Assembly (NCBI GenBank): GCA_963717145.1
Contig: OY970325.1
Span: 1,280,001-1,344,000 of the forward strand
Source of the DNA: an uncultured Armatimonadetes bacterium
GTDB lineage: Bacteria > Armatimonadota > UBA5829 > DTJY01
Direction: 5' to 3'
DNA: 64,000 nucleotides
Translations under genes and position numbers: made by a program
The notes under the pieces: model-generated
What the model was told of the DNA's origin: nothing
What the model saw: only the letters and a program-made list of their open reading frames with translations
Databases searched by the model: none
Shown: piece by piece, positions 8,080 to 17,670 of the stretch
How the letters are laid out: every line of letters begins with the position of its first letter
How positions within the stretch are numbered: the first letter of the stretch is position 1

Positions 8080-10230
8080 CTACCGCGACTGCCCGGGATT
8101 CGACTTCATGGAGAGCGAGACGCGCCCCCGGGGGATATCGACGCCGATCACCACCACCGAGACCTTCTGCTGCACCTTCACGGCCTCGTTCGGGTCGCTG
8201 ATGAACTTGTCTGCAAGCTGGCTGACATGCACCAGGCCGTCCTGATGCACCCCTATATCGACGAACGCGCCGAAAGCCGTGACGTTGGTCACGATCCCCG
8301 GAAGCTTCATGCCGACCTTGAGGTCCTCCAGGGTCTCGACCCCATCCGCGAACCGGAACACCTCGAACTGCTCGCGGGGATCGCGTCCGGGCTTCGCAAG
8401 TTCGTCCATGATATCGCGCAGCGTCGGCATTCCGATCGTATCGGAGACGTAGCTTTCGAGCTTGATCTGCTTGCGCAGGTTCTCGTCACGCATCAGGTCG
8501 GCGACCGTGCAGCCGAGATCGCCGGCCATTCGATCGACGACCGAGTAGCTCTCGGGGTGGACGGCGCTTGCGTCGAGCGGGTTCTTGCCGTCACGGATGC
8601 GCAGGAATCCGGCGGCCTGCTCGAACGCCTTCGGACCGAGGCCCTTGACCTTCTTGAGCTGGACCCGCGAGGCGAACGGTCCGTTCTCATTGCGGAACGT
8701 CACGATGTTGTCGGCAAGCTGCGGGCCGAGGCCGGAGACGTAGGTGAGCAACTGCTTGCTCGCGGTGTTGACCTCGACGCCAACACCATTGACGCAGCTC
8801 ATTACGGTATCGTCCAGGCTGCGCTTGAGCAACTTCTGATCGACATCGTGCTGATACTGCCCCACCCCGATCGACTTCGGGTCGATCTTCACGAGTTCCG
8901 CGAGCGGGTCCATCAGCCGTCGCCCGATCGAGACTGCGCCTCGAACGGTGATGTCCTGATCGGGGAACTCCTCGCGGGCAACCTCCGACGCCGAGTAGAT
9001 CGACGCGCCGGATTCGTTCACCATCACGACGTCGATCTGCTTCGGCAGGTTGAGCTGCTGAATGAATCGCTCGGTCTCACGGCTGGCCGTGCCGTTCCCG
9101 ATGGCGATGACCTCGATCTTGCACTTCTCGATCAGGCGCAGGAGCGTGACGCCTGCCTGGCGGAGATTCCCCTCGCCGGTGTGCGGGTAGATCGTCTCGT
9201 TGCGGATCAGTTTGCCCTGTCGGTCGAGGCAGACGACTTTGCATCCCGTGCGGAATCCCGGGTCGAGGGCGAGCACGTTCTTTCGTCCAAGCGGCGCTGA
9301 GAGAAGCAGCTCTCGGAGGTTTGCGGTGAACACGCGGATCGCTTCTTCATCCGCACGGCGCTTCAACTCCGCGCGGACCTCTGTCTCCATCGACGGCGCG
9401 AGAAGCCGCTTGTAGCCGTCCTGCACGGCAAGATCGACCTGCGCCGAAGCCGGCGTCCTGCCCTTGACGAAGCGCGTCTCGAGACATCCGACCGCGTCAT
9501 CCTCCGGCGGAGCGACGTGCAGCCGAAGCACGCCCTCGTTCTCGCCGCGCATCATGGCCAGCACGCGGTGCGACGGAGCGCGCTCGAGCGGCTCACTCCA
9601 ATCGAAGTAGTCCTTGTACTTCGCGCCCTCCTCTTCCTTGCCCTTGATAATGGAGGTCGCGATCTTGCCCCTGCGCGTGAAGAGGTCGCGCATCTCACCT
9701 CGGGCATGCTGGTCCTCGCTCACCATCTCCGCGATGATGTCGCGGGCGCCGGCGAGAGCATCGCCCACCGACGCCACTCCGAGTTCCTTGCTGATGAACT
9801 TGGCGGCTTCGGCCTCGGGGTCGGTGTTCGACTTCTGGGCGAGGATGACCAGCGCGAGCGGTTCGAGCCCCTTCTCGCGGGCGATCGTCGCGCGGGTCCG
9901 ACGCTTGGGGCGGTATGGCAGATAGATGTCCTCCAGTTCGGCCATCGTCTCGGCGGCGAGGATCTGCGCGCTCAACTCATCGGTGAGAAGGTCGCGCTCG
10001 ATGAGCGACTTCAGGATCGCCTCCCGGCGGTCGTCGAGTTCCTCGAGCTGCTCCAGCCGGTCGCGAATCGACGTGATCGCGACCTCGTCGAGCGAGCCCG
10101 TCGCCTCCTTGCGGTATCGAGCGATGAACGGAACGGTCGCGCCCTCCCCGATGAGGTCGGCAGTGGCCTGAACCTGTCTGTGCTGCAGATTCAGCTCACC
10201 AGCCAGCTTGTAGATATGCTTGGTGTTCAT
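8080..10230 (-). CDS. tex: Tex family transcriptional accessory protein
   Basis: GATVPFIARYRKEATG, LDPGFRTGCK, DPKSIGVGQYQHDV and a C-terminal S1 domain. Confidence 0.97.
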   Translation of the reverse strand: MNTKHIYKLAGELNLQHRQVQATADLIGEGATVPFIARYRKEATGSLDEVAITSIRDRLEQLEELDDRREAILKSLIERDLLTDELSAQILAAETMAELEDIYLPYRPKRRTRATIAREKGLEPLALVILAQKSNTDPEAEAAKFISKELGVASVGDALAGARDIIAEMVSEDQHARGEMRDLFTRRGKIATSIIKGKEEEGAKYKDYFDWSEPLERAPSHRVLAMMRGENEGVLRLHVAPPEDDAVGCLETRFVKGRTPASAQVDLAVQDGYKRLLAPSMETEVRAELKRRADEEAIRVFTANLRELLLSAPLGRKNVLALDPGFRTGCKVVCLDRQGKLIRNETIYPHTGEGNLRQAGVTLLRLIEKCKIEVIAIGNGTASRETERFIQQLNLPKQIDVVMVNESGASIYSASEVAREEFPDQDITVRGAVSIGRRLMDPLAELVKIDPKSIGVGQYQHDVDQKLLKRSLDDTVMSCVNGVGVEVNTASKQLLTYVSGLGPQLADNIVTFRNENGPFASRVQLKKVKGLGPKAFEQAAGFLRIRDGKNPLDASAVHPESYSVVDRMAGDLGCTVADLMRDENLRKQIKLESYVSDTIGMPTLRDIMDELAKPGRDPREQFEVFRFADGVETLEDLKVGMKLPGIVTNVTAFGAFVDIGVHQDGLVHVSQLADKFISDPNEAVKVQQKVSVVVIGVDIPRGRVSLSMKSNPGQSR

Positions 10231-10283
10231 GTATTCCTCAGGTATGAAACCTCATCGCCGACTGGAGTCGTCCTGTCTCCAGA

Positions 10284-11189
10284 CTATCCCTTTATCCCCG
10301 TGAGCGTTATGCCCTGAATGAACGTCTTCTGCGTGAAGAAGAAGAGGACGATGATCGGTACGGTGATCACCGTCGACACCGCCATCAGCATCCCGTAGTA
10401 GGAGCCGTACTGGCTCTGGAACATCGCGAGCCCGAGCGAGAGCGTGAACTTGTCCTGGTTGAAGAGGTAGATCAGCGGGCCGAGGTAGTCGTTCCACGAG
10501 CCCATGAACGTGAAGAGCGCCACTGTCGCCAGCGCCGGTTTGGCGAGTGGTAGGACGATCCGCCGATAGATCTGGATCTCCGAGCAGCCGTCGATCTTCG
10601 CGGCCTCCGTGAGGTCCTTCGGGATCGAGAGGAAGAACTGCCTCAGCAGGAAGATGAAGAACGCGTTCCCCAGGAATGCGGGCACCGTGAGTGGCAGGAA
10701 GGTGTCGATCCAGCCGAGCCAGGTGAAGATGCCGAAGAGCGGGACCATCACGACCTGGTACGGGAGCATCATCGTGCTGAGCAGGATGAGGAAGAGCGCC
10801 TCCCTACCCCGCCACGGGATGATCGCGAGGCCGTATGCCACGAGCGAACTCGATATCAGCACGCCCACGACGTTCGCGGTGCAGATGATGAGCGTGTTCT
10901 TGAGGTAGAGCAGGAACGGCACGAAGGTGAGACCCTTCGAGTAGTTGCTCCATTCGAACGGATGAGGTATCCACTTCGGCGGGATGAGCATGATCTGGCT
11001 CTCCGGCTTGAAGGAGGTCGAGAGCAGCCAGAGGAATGGCGCGAAGAAGACCGCGCTCAGGATGATGAGCGCCGCGTAGGTCACGATCTTGCCGGGAGGC
11101 AATGAAAAATGAAAAGTACAAAATGCAAAATGCAAAGTGTCGGATCCCCCCGATTCTGCATTTTGCCCTTTGCCTTTTGCATTTTGCAT
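10284..11189 (-). CDS. Carbohydrate ABC transporter permease (MalG-like)
   Basis: EAAKIDG EAA loop and multiple TM helices; the first ~30 aa derive from a heptamer palindrome. Confidence 0.92.
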   Translation of the reverse strand: MQNAKGKGQNAESGGSDTLHFAFCTFHFSLPPGKIVTYAALIILSAVFFAPFLWLLSTSFKPESQIMLIPPKWIPHPFEWSNYSKGLTFVPFLLYLKNTLIICTANVVGVLISSSLVAYGLAIIPWRGREALFLILLSTMMLPYQVVMVPLFGIFTWLGWIDTFLPLTVPAFLGNAFFIFLLRQFFLSIPKDLTEAAKIDGCSEIQIYRRIVLPLAKPALATVALFTFMGSWNDYLGPLIYLFNQDKFTLSLGLAMFQSQYGSYYGMLMAVSTVITVPIIVLFFFTQKTFIQGITLTGIKG

Positions 11190-11197
11190 TTTTCATT
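11101..11197. repeat. Heptamer-periodic inverted array (CAAAATG)n...(CATTTTG)n
   Basis: About 5.5 degenerate 7-mers per arm; AT-rich against a GC-rich background. Confidence 0.9.
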
Positions 11198-12131
11198 TCC
11201 CTCCGTAGTACACATACCGCGCGCTCGAGCGGAAGAGCAGGAGCGTCGCGCCGAGGATCACCAGGAACAGCAGCCACGCCATCGCGCAGGCATATCCCAT
11301 CTTGAAAAGCTGGAACGCGTTCCGGAACAGGTACATCGAGAACATCATCGTCGAGTTCACCGGGCCGCCCGTGCCGCCGGTCATCACCCACGCCTGCGTG
11401 AAGTACTGGAAGCCGCCGATGATCCCCATCACCGTCGTGAAGAAGATGTACGGGCTCATAAATGGTATGGTGACATGCCGGGTCTTCTGCCAGGGGGTCG
11501 CGCCGTCGAGACTCGCCGCCTCATAGAGGTCCTGCGGGACGTCCTGCAGGCCGGCGAGGTAGATCACGACCGAGCCGCCGACTCCCCAGGTGCTCATCAG
11601 GACGAGCGCCGGTTTCGCCCACTCGATGCTTCTCATCCATCCCGGCCCGGAGAACCCCGGGAGCCCGAGATGCTGCGAAATCCCGCCGAGCCAATCGACG
11701 CCGAGGTTGATCAGCCCGTAGTCCGGGTTGAGCAGCCAGATCCAGAGGACCGAGCTTGCGACGACGGGGACGATCGACGGGATGTAGAAGATCGTGCGGA
11801 AGAATGCCATGCCCCGCACCTTGGCGTTGAGCAGGATCGCGAGCGAGAGGGCGATCACTATGCCCAACGGGACCGCGAGGGCGGTGTAGTATGCGGTGTT
11901 GTAGATCGACTCCCAGAAGAGCGCGTCGTGCAGGAGGAGCTGGTAGTTCCCCCACCCGACCCAGACCGCGGGTTTCAGCGCGGAGTACCGGCAGAAGCTG
12001 TAGTAGAGCAGCGAGATGACCGGATAGACCGTGAAGCACGCGAGCCCGACGATCGCAGGCGCGCAGAACAGCAGTCCGTTCCGCATATTCACCCGCTCGA
12101 CCCCGCTCCGTCTCTTCCTCGCCGCCCCCAT
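11193..12131 (-). CDS. Carbohydrate ABC transporter permease (MalF/UgpA-like)
   Basis: YLAGLQDVPQDLYEAASLDGA motif. Confidence 0.93.
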   Translation of the reverse strand: MGAARKRRSGVERVNMRNGLLFCAPAIVGLACFTVYPVISLLYYSFCRYSALKPAVWVGWGNYQLLLHDALFWESIYNTAYYTALAVPLGIVIALSLAILLNAKVRGMAFFRTIFYIPSIVPVVASSVLWIWLLNPDYGLINLGVDWLGGISQHLGLPGFSGPGWMRSIEWAKPALVLMSTWGVGGSVVIYLAGLQDVPQDLYEAASLDGATPWQKTRHVTIPFMSPYIFFTTVMGIIGGFQYFTQAWVMTGGTGGPVNSTMMFSMYLFRNAFQLFKMGYACAMAWLLFLVILGATLLLFRSSARYVYYGGK

Positions 12132-12145
12132 GCAACAACCTCACT

Positions 12146-12275
12146 GTAGGGGCGGTTCAACGAAAGATCTACCCAGGGCTGTCATTCTGAGCGTAGCGAA
12201 GAATCTCGATCCCGGGGCCAGATTCTTCGCTACGCTCAGAATGACAGCGGTGGATGATCGGCGAATCGCCCCCAC
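12146..12275. repeat. Nested palindromes: GTCATTCTGAGC-type element (12178-12248) inside a degenerate GTAG doublet
   Basis: Inner perfect arms GCTGTCATTCTGAGCGTAGCGAAGAATCT; outer GTAGGGGCGGTTC ... GAATCGCCCCCAC. Confidence 0.85.
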
Positions 12276-12437
12276 CGGATATCGTTCATGGGATAGTTCA
12301 CCGGCGAGGGGTGTGTTTTCCTTCGTATGCCAGACATGAAGCGCCCTCTACGTCTGTCCGGCAGCGGAGGGAATGCTTCACGCCGCCCGAAGGTCCACGT
12401 ATTCGCCAGAGAGATCGCCCCTGTCTGGGGAATGATT

Positions 12438-12630
12438 GAGATGTTCAGCCGGAAGAAAGATGTTTCCGCCCGGAGAGAAGTTGTTCCAGCCCGTGGAGGA
12501 GTTGTTCCAGCCCGTGGAGAAGTTGTTCCAGCCCGGATGGAGATCTTCCCGCCCGCGGACAACTACTTCCAGCCCTCTTACAATCTCTCCCCGCCCGGAA
12601 GAAAGATGTTTCCGGTCGGAAAAGAGATGT
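12438..12630. repeat. Degenerate intergenic 21-bp tandem array (~9-10 units)
   Basis: Core AAGTTGTTCCAGCCCGTGGAG, near-identical at 12478-12540 and decaying outward; no spacers. Confidence 0.85.
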
Positions 12631-12830
12631 CATTGGGGAGGGATCTCTCCCTGATCGGTGACAGGCCCCTGCTCAAGGCCCGGTGAGCTTGCGCACGTCC
12701 TCCGGGCTGCGGGTCAGGATGCGGCGGGCGATCTGGGCGGGCATTGTCTCGACGCGAGAACTCATTCCAGTCACTATCAGATAATCCCCGGCCTCATCAT
12801 CCGTCGGATCGCACTGAGACACATGCGCGA

Positions 12831-15800
12831 CTACCGGGCGACCCGGAAGCCGTACCTCAGATGCTGCTTGTCAGGGACGTCGTAGTCACGCACAGCGCAT
12901 CGCCACGTGTAGGTTTCCGTCCACGGACTCCAGCTTCCGCCGCGCAGGACTCTGTACACATCGCTATCGTCAAACGGAGCAGCAGACCCCGGGTACGACT
13001 TGCGCCAGTCGTAGACCCACTCCTCGGCATTACCGGCCATGTCCTCACAGCCGTAAGGACTCGCACCGCTGGGGTAACTGCCAACCTGCGCCGTCTCGTT
13101 GACCTGGTAGCCTCCGCCTGCGGCATCGTGGTCAAAGAAGTTGTTGCAGTACTCTCTGTTCCAGGTGTCTCCCCACGGATAGACGTTCGGGTGGCCCCCA
13201 CTCCACCGCGCTGCTTTCTCCCATTCGGCTTCAGTCGGCAGGCGCAGTCCTGCCCAGTTGCAGAACGCCTCCGCCTCGTAGAAACTCAACCCTACCGCTG
13301 GGTGATCCGGAGTTTGGGTAAACGGTCCAGTTCCCCAATCCCAAGGTGGATTCCAGTTCAGTGGCATGGCAAGGCCCAAGAGATCTCTCCGTTCTCTGCC
13401 TTTCTGCGACCAATAGGCATCGTTGCTGTAACCTCCAGCATCAATGAAGCGCTGATACTGCTCTCGCGTTACTTCGAACTTGCCCATCCAGTAACCCGGC
13501 AGGGAAACCCAGTGTTGCGGCTCTTCCGGTCCACAGGACCCTGCCTGCGCCCAGTACAGGTCATCGCCAACCCCGCTGTTGCCCATTAGGAAACTCCCCG
13601 CCGGGACATAGAGCATCTCCGTCTTAGAGGGGAACTTGTACGCTTTGGCCTTCTGAGGCTGCTGGCTCGCGGCGAGGACGCTTCCGTTCCAGTCACCCTC
13701 CACCCACACGAAGTCACCGACGTCGAGAGCGCTCAGGCCTGTGACTTCGATCTCCGCGCGACCGTCTGATATCCGCAAGGGAGAGGACGAGGTAACTCGC
13801 CCCCAAGTCCGGACGGGGTTTCGCGGGACGAGTTGGCTGCGCAGATCGCTCGCTCTGATGCCGACACCCGGTCCGCGGACAAGCGTAACCGTTATGGTAT
13901 CCGTGCCGGAGTTTCCGGCCAGGTCCACAGCAGTTACCGTGAGAATGTTCGGCCCCGGGGTGAGGCTGACAGTGAACCTCCACTGGCGCGCCATCCCCTC
14001 ATTGGTCTGTCCCGTGCTGATAGTGACGGATGAGAGGCCGGACATGGGCTCAGGATCGCTACACACACCGTCAAGCGCAACCGACACCTGATCGGTAGTG
14101 AAGTCGAGTCCGTTGTTAGCCTGTATGTCCACCACAGGGCCAGTCGAGTCGACAGCGACGGCAAGGCTACTGGACCAGTCGGATAGGCGCTCCGGGTGCA
14201 ACTGACAGCGGGCCCTAGCTCTCACATAGTAATACCCTTGACTAGTCCACGAGTGGCTCTGCGTGGCGGCACCCCACGTTGGCGTGCTGCCGTCTCCCCA
14301 GTCGAACTGGTATTCAACCGTGTGTCCCAGGCTGGAAGTGGAGCTGGTAGCTGTGTAGTTCGCTGACTCACCTGGCTTGCGGTAAGCATTGCCGGATGGA
14401 ATGCCAGGAACCGAGACGCTTTCTGCGAGAACAATCAGCGTGCGGTGCTCGCCCTCCTCCCTGTTCCCGGACGTATCCCATGCCTCGGCCCAGTACTCCA
14501 GCCGCTGACCGGAGGCGAATGATCCGACGGACTTCGAGCTCGCATATGAACTGGAGAAAATGTTGTCTTGCATCACGTCGCTGTGGAGTGATCCATCATT
14601 CCAGTACACGACAACCTTCTGCAAGTAGGTGTTATCTGAAGCGGAGACGTTGAGAGTCACCGACTGACTCTCGATCGGCGCGGCCGGTGCAGTCGTCACC
14701 GCGACCGACGGTGCCACATTGGGGTTCTCGATGATCTGGAAGTAGTCCGTGTAGGTCTTCTGGTACGTCGCGGAAGCGTCCTTGACAAATACATCCACGT
14801 GCCAGTTGCCGCACTTGCTGGCAGCAGAATTCCCGCTTATCCCAATCCAGCCCCAGAACCGATAGTAATCGTAGTAGCTGTTCTGGCCCGGATCGGCTGC
14901 CGCGAAATCGTAGGTCGTGTACTGGGAGCCGTTGGGCTCATACCATATCCACCTCACGTCAAAACTCTCTACCACCCTATCCGCATTGGCCCAAGTCCAA
15001 GCTCTGGCATCCGTCTGTTCGAACACATCCGTCTCGCCGTCGGTGTTGTATGGAGGGGTACTAGTGTTGACGTTTCGGGTCATCCGATGCTCGGTGAACT
15101 CCCAGCCTATCGTGAACTGCTCTGTCGTTCTGTACTTCCAGCCACTGCCGTCATGTATGTACAGCTTGCATGTCCATCGTCCAGGCCGGTACGAGGCCAG
15201 GTAGTCCCTGATGTACACAGACCACCAGCAGTGGTACGATTCCCAGTAGTCCCACCCGGAGCCATGAGGATCGGGCACAGTATATGTATTCGTGAGGTGC
15301 AGGGTGCCGTCGGGCTCGTAGAACTCCCATTTCACCTGGAGTGATCGAGTTACGTCTGTGAGGCGAACCCAAACCATCGACTGAGTATCCGAACGCCTGA
15401 AGAACTCTGTCTCATAGATCGGGTTGTAAGGACTTGAACCCTGGACGTCCCGGCAAGTAGTAGTACGCTCCAGGGTGTACCCACTGCCGCCTTCATCCCC
15501 CTTGATAGTGAGCCACTTCTGGATCGCCTTGGTAAGACCGTATCGATTGTCAAGGAGGGTTATGGAGATATTCCGAGAAGTGCTGGGGGCTGCGATCTCT
15601 GCCGAGAAAGCACCTCCGGACACCGGCGCTGTGTACAGATTGTCCCCTGTGTTGATGGTTGCCGTGCCCACAGGAACAGCGGAACCGGTGTTGTAATACG
15701 CACTCCCAGTCACAAGCACAGCGGCACCCGGCACTAGGTTGGAACTGGGATTGAGGGTGGCTGTTAGAGTGAGGTCAGTCGGATCCGGAGGAGGCGCCGT

Positions 15801-17528
15801 CTCGATCGGGAAGCTGAACGCATAGGAGCTTGCCATGCTTATGCCCGCCAGGTCTTTGACACCTGTTCCTACGGTGACCGATACGGTTTCGCCAAATACG
15901 AAATCCACCTGAGGGTCAATGGTGAGCTCGTGTGTCGACGGGTCGAGATGGGGAAACGTGCAGCTTTTCGTCCCGCTCATACTCCCAACAACCACGATAG
16001 TCGAGTTCGTACAAGTCGACTTGTCCATCGCCTTGTTGAAGGTGACCCAGATGTTCGTATCCCTACTTGTTCCCTGGCGATGCGAAACCACGGCGGGGAT
16101 CGCTTGGGCAGGATATTCAAGGTAAGGGTTGATCTCCACGGTGTGATTGTAGTTCTCATCCATCCAGTGGCTTAGTACATCGGACCGGAAGTCTTTCGCG
16201 CTCCCGTAAGATCCTGTGATCATCTGCACCAGGAACTTGATCCAGTCAGCGGGATTCAGCCAACTCCACCAGTTGAGCTCCAGGATCTTATCATACTTTG
16301 CATTGTACCAGTAGCCCAAGCCGTAGCGAATCTGGACCGTATTGAGTATAAGACGCCGAATTGACTCGTATGCCGGATCAGATGAGCCTGGCAACTGCGT
16401 TTCGAGATCGATCTCGTACCAGAACAGAAGTTCGTTAATGGTCGCGGCGCAGCACATTGACTGCATGTCTGACACATCTGCGAGGCACTCCGTGATTATC
16501 TGGTACGACAAGTAGTATGGTATCACCAGCCGGGTCACGCTCGTTGCCAAGGTGCCTTTGATCAACCCGAACTCCGTGGCAACCTGCGACGTGAACACCC
16601 CAAATTCTACCAGGTATCCTGCCCCATGGGATTGAAACGCATTCAGGGTTGATTGGATGACGTTCACATCCTTTTCGATGAACTCCGCAACATCTGCCTT
16701 TGCCAGGTTGAACCCTGCGCTGATTGCCGGATCGCTTGGATGGGTGTGGTCCAAGAAAGCCTGCAGACATTCCATTCGTTCGTAGAGCGCCGCGTTTTCA
16801 ATGGAGTGCAGGAACATGTCTTGCGCTACGTCCGCCCGGATGTTCAGGGCAAGAGAGACGCCGCTCAGTGCCACAGACAGCTTTCCGAGCGACTTGACAA
16901 AGTGCTTGTCGTTCACAACTCTCTGCCAGTTCAGCAGCGTGGTCTGGATTTCTGCGGGCTGGAAACCCCAGGTCCCACCGCTCTTGAGAACTGCGAGTAG
17001 ATCGGCCAGATCGCTGCCCGCTTCGACTACTTTGGATGATTCACTTGCCACGTCACGCAGTTGGGCATACCTAGAGCCCGATACCTTCAGCCTAGCCGCC
17101 AGCTCTGGCTGCATCATCGCGGCAACGAAGGCATGGCGATATCGCTCTACGCGAATACTGTAGCTGTCAAGGTCGAGAAAGAGGAATGCGTCCCTCCACC
17201 ACCCAGAAGTCGTCGTCGATGGAACGTATACGGAGTAACCAGACCGGTTCGCGAGTTCGACGTACACGATGGTCGTATCGTGGATCGTGGGGAAGCCAGA
17301 CGAGACCGATGCCGGATGTAACTGGTTGACAGAGACGCGGGTACCCGCACGCGACTGGGTTACCAGAGCGGACGATGATGTTTCCGGGCCGCGTGCGACA
17401 ACCCCCGCGCCACCCCCGGAATCGCCTTCCACGGGCGGAACTGCTCCTATGAGAGCCGATGAGGATGCAAGCGCTAAAAGCAGAACCGTTGTTAGAACAG
17501 CATAGGCAGATCGGGACTGGTACATCAT
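12831..17528 (-). CDS. Large secreted multidomain protein: novel N-terminal region, Ig-like/PKD repeats, C-terminal FGE-sulfatase (SUMF1) domain
   Basis: GGAGG RBS before ATG 17528; signal peptide; YQFDWGDG (PKD); RLPTEAEWEKAAR, DMAGNAEEW, RVLRGGSW, GFRVAR. Confidence 0.85.
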   Translation of the reverse strand: MMYQSRSAYAVLTTVLLLALASSSALIGAVPPVEGDSGGGAGVVARGPETSSSALVTQSRAGTRVSVNQLHPASVSSGFPTIHDTTIVYVELANRSGYSVYVPSTTTSGWWRDAFLFLDLDSYSIRVERYRHAFVAAMMQPELAARLKVSGSRYAQLRDVASESSKVVEAGSDLADLLAVLKSGGTWGFQPAEIQTTLLNWQRVVNDKHFVKSLGKLSVALSGVSLALNIRADVAQDMFLHSIENAALYERMECLQAFLDHTHPSDPAISAGFNLAKADVAEFIEKDVNVIQSTLNAFQSHGAGYLVEFGVFTSQVATEFGLIKGTLATSVTRLVIPYYLSYQIITECLADVSDMQSMCCAATINELLFWYEIDLETQLPGSSDPAYESIRRLILNTVQIRYGLGYWYNAKYDKILELNWWSWLNPADWIKFLVQMITGSYGSAKDFRSDVLSHWMDENYNHTVEINPYLEYPAQAIPAVVSHRQGTSRDTNIWVTFNKAMDKSTCTNSTIVVVGSMSGTKSCTFPHLDPSTHELTIDPQVDFVFGETVSVTVGTGVKDLAGISMASSYAFSFPIETAPPPDPTDLTLTATLNPSSNLVPGAAVLVTGSAYYNTGSAVPVGTATINTGDNLYTAPVSGGAFSAEIAAPSTSRNISITLLDNRYGLTKAIQKWLTIKGDEGGSGYTLERTTTCRDVQGSSPYNPIYETEFFRRSDTQSMVWVRLTDVTRSLQVKWEFYEPDGTLHLTNTYTVPDPHGSGWDYWESYHCWWSVYIRDYLASYRPGRWTCKLYIHDGSGWKYRTTEQFTIGWEFTEHRMTRNVNTSTPPYNTDGETDVFEQTDARAWTWANADRVVESFDVRWIWYEPNGSQYTTYDFAAADPGQNSYYDYYRFWGWIGISGNSAASKCGNWHVDVFVKDASATYQKTYTDYFQIIENPNVAPSVAVTTAPAAPIESQSVTLNVSASDNTYLQKVVVYWNDGSLHSDVMQDNIFSSSYASSKSVGSFASGQRLEYWAEAWDTSGNREEGEHRTLIVLAESVSVPGIPSGNAYRKPGESANYTATSSTSSLGHTVEYQFDWGDGSTPTWGAATQSHSWTSQGYYYVRARARCQLHPERLSDWSSSLAVAVDSTGPVVDIQANNGLDFTTDQVSVALDGVCSDPEPMSGLSSVTISTGQTNEGMARQWRFTVSLTPGPNILTVTAVDLAGNSGTDTITVTLVRGPGVGIRASDLRSQLVPRNPVRTWGRVTSSSPLRISDGRAEIEVTGLSALDVGDFVWVEGDWNGSVLAASQQPQKAKAYKFPSKTEMLYVPAGSFLMGNSGVGDDLYWAQAGSCGPEEPQHWVSLPGYWMGKFEVTREQYQRFIDAGGYSNDAYWSQKGRERRDLLGLAMPLNWNPPWDWGTGPFTQTPDHPAVGLSFYEAEAFCNWAGLRLPTEAEWEKAARWSGGHPNVYPWGDTWNREYCNNFFDHDAAGGGYQVNETAQVGSYPSGASPYGCEDMAGNAEEWVYDWRKSYPGSAAPFDDSDVYRVLRGGSWSPWTETYTWRCAVRDYDVPDKQHLRYGFRVAR

Positions 17529-17636
17529 CGTTACCTCCGAATGTACTGCTGAATCAATTGGGTGAAGCGAATCGTTCCCGGCGCGTCTGCGAGGAGTAGT
17601 GGTGCTTGCGCCGGGCTGCTGGGTGGCAGTGTCCAC

Positions 17637-17665
17637 ATGTTAGCGCCACAATGTCCGGTTGTCAA
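17637..17665 (-). promoter_or_regulatory. Sigma70-type promoter of the large secreted protein
   Basis: TTGACA-17 bp-TAACAT on the minus strand; the -35 box overlaps the IS target duplication. Confidence 0.55.
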
Positions 17666-17670
17666 GCTCA

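Noticed and set aside
12438-12630. CRISPR array or real protein-coding ORFs over the 21-bp repeats
   Set aside because: No unique spacers; the overlapping ORFs on both strands lack an RBS and recognisable motifs.
12831-12960. Diversity-generating retroelement variable region in the FGE-domain C-terminus
   Set aside because: No template repeat or reverse transcriptase in the window, and the variable codons are not dominated by the NNC/NNT pattern expected from AAY templates. A remote DGR cannot be excluded.
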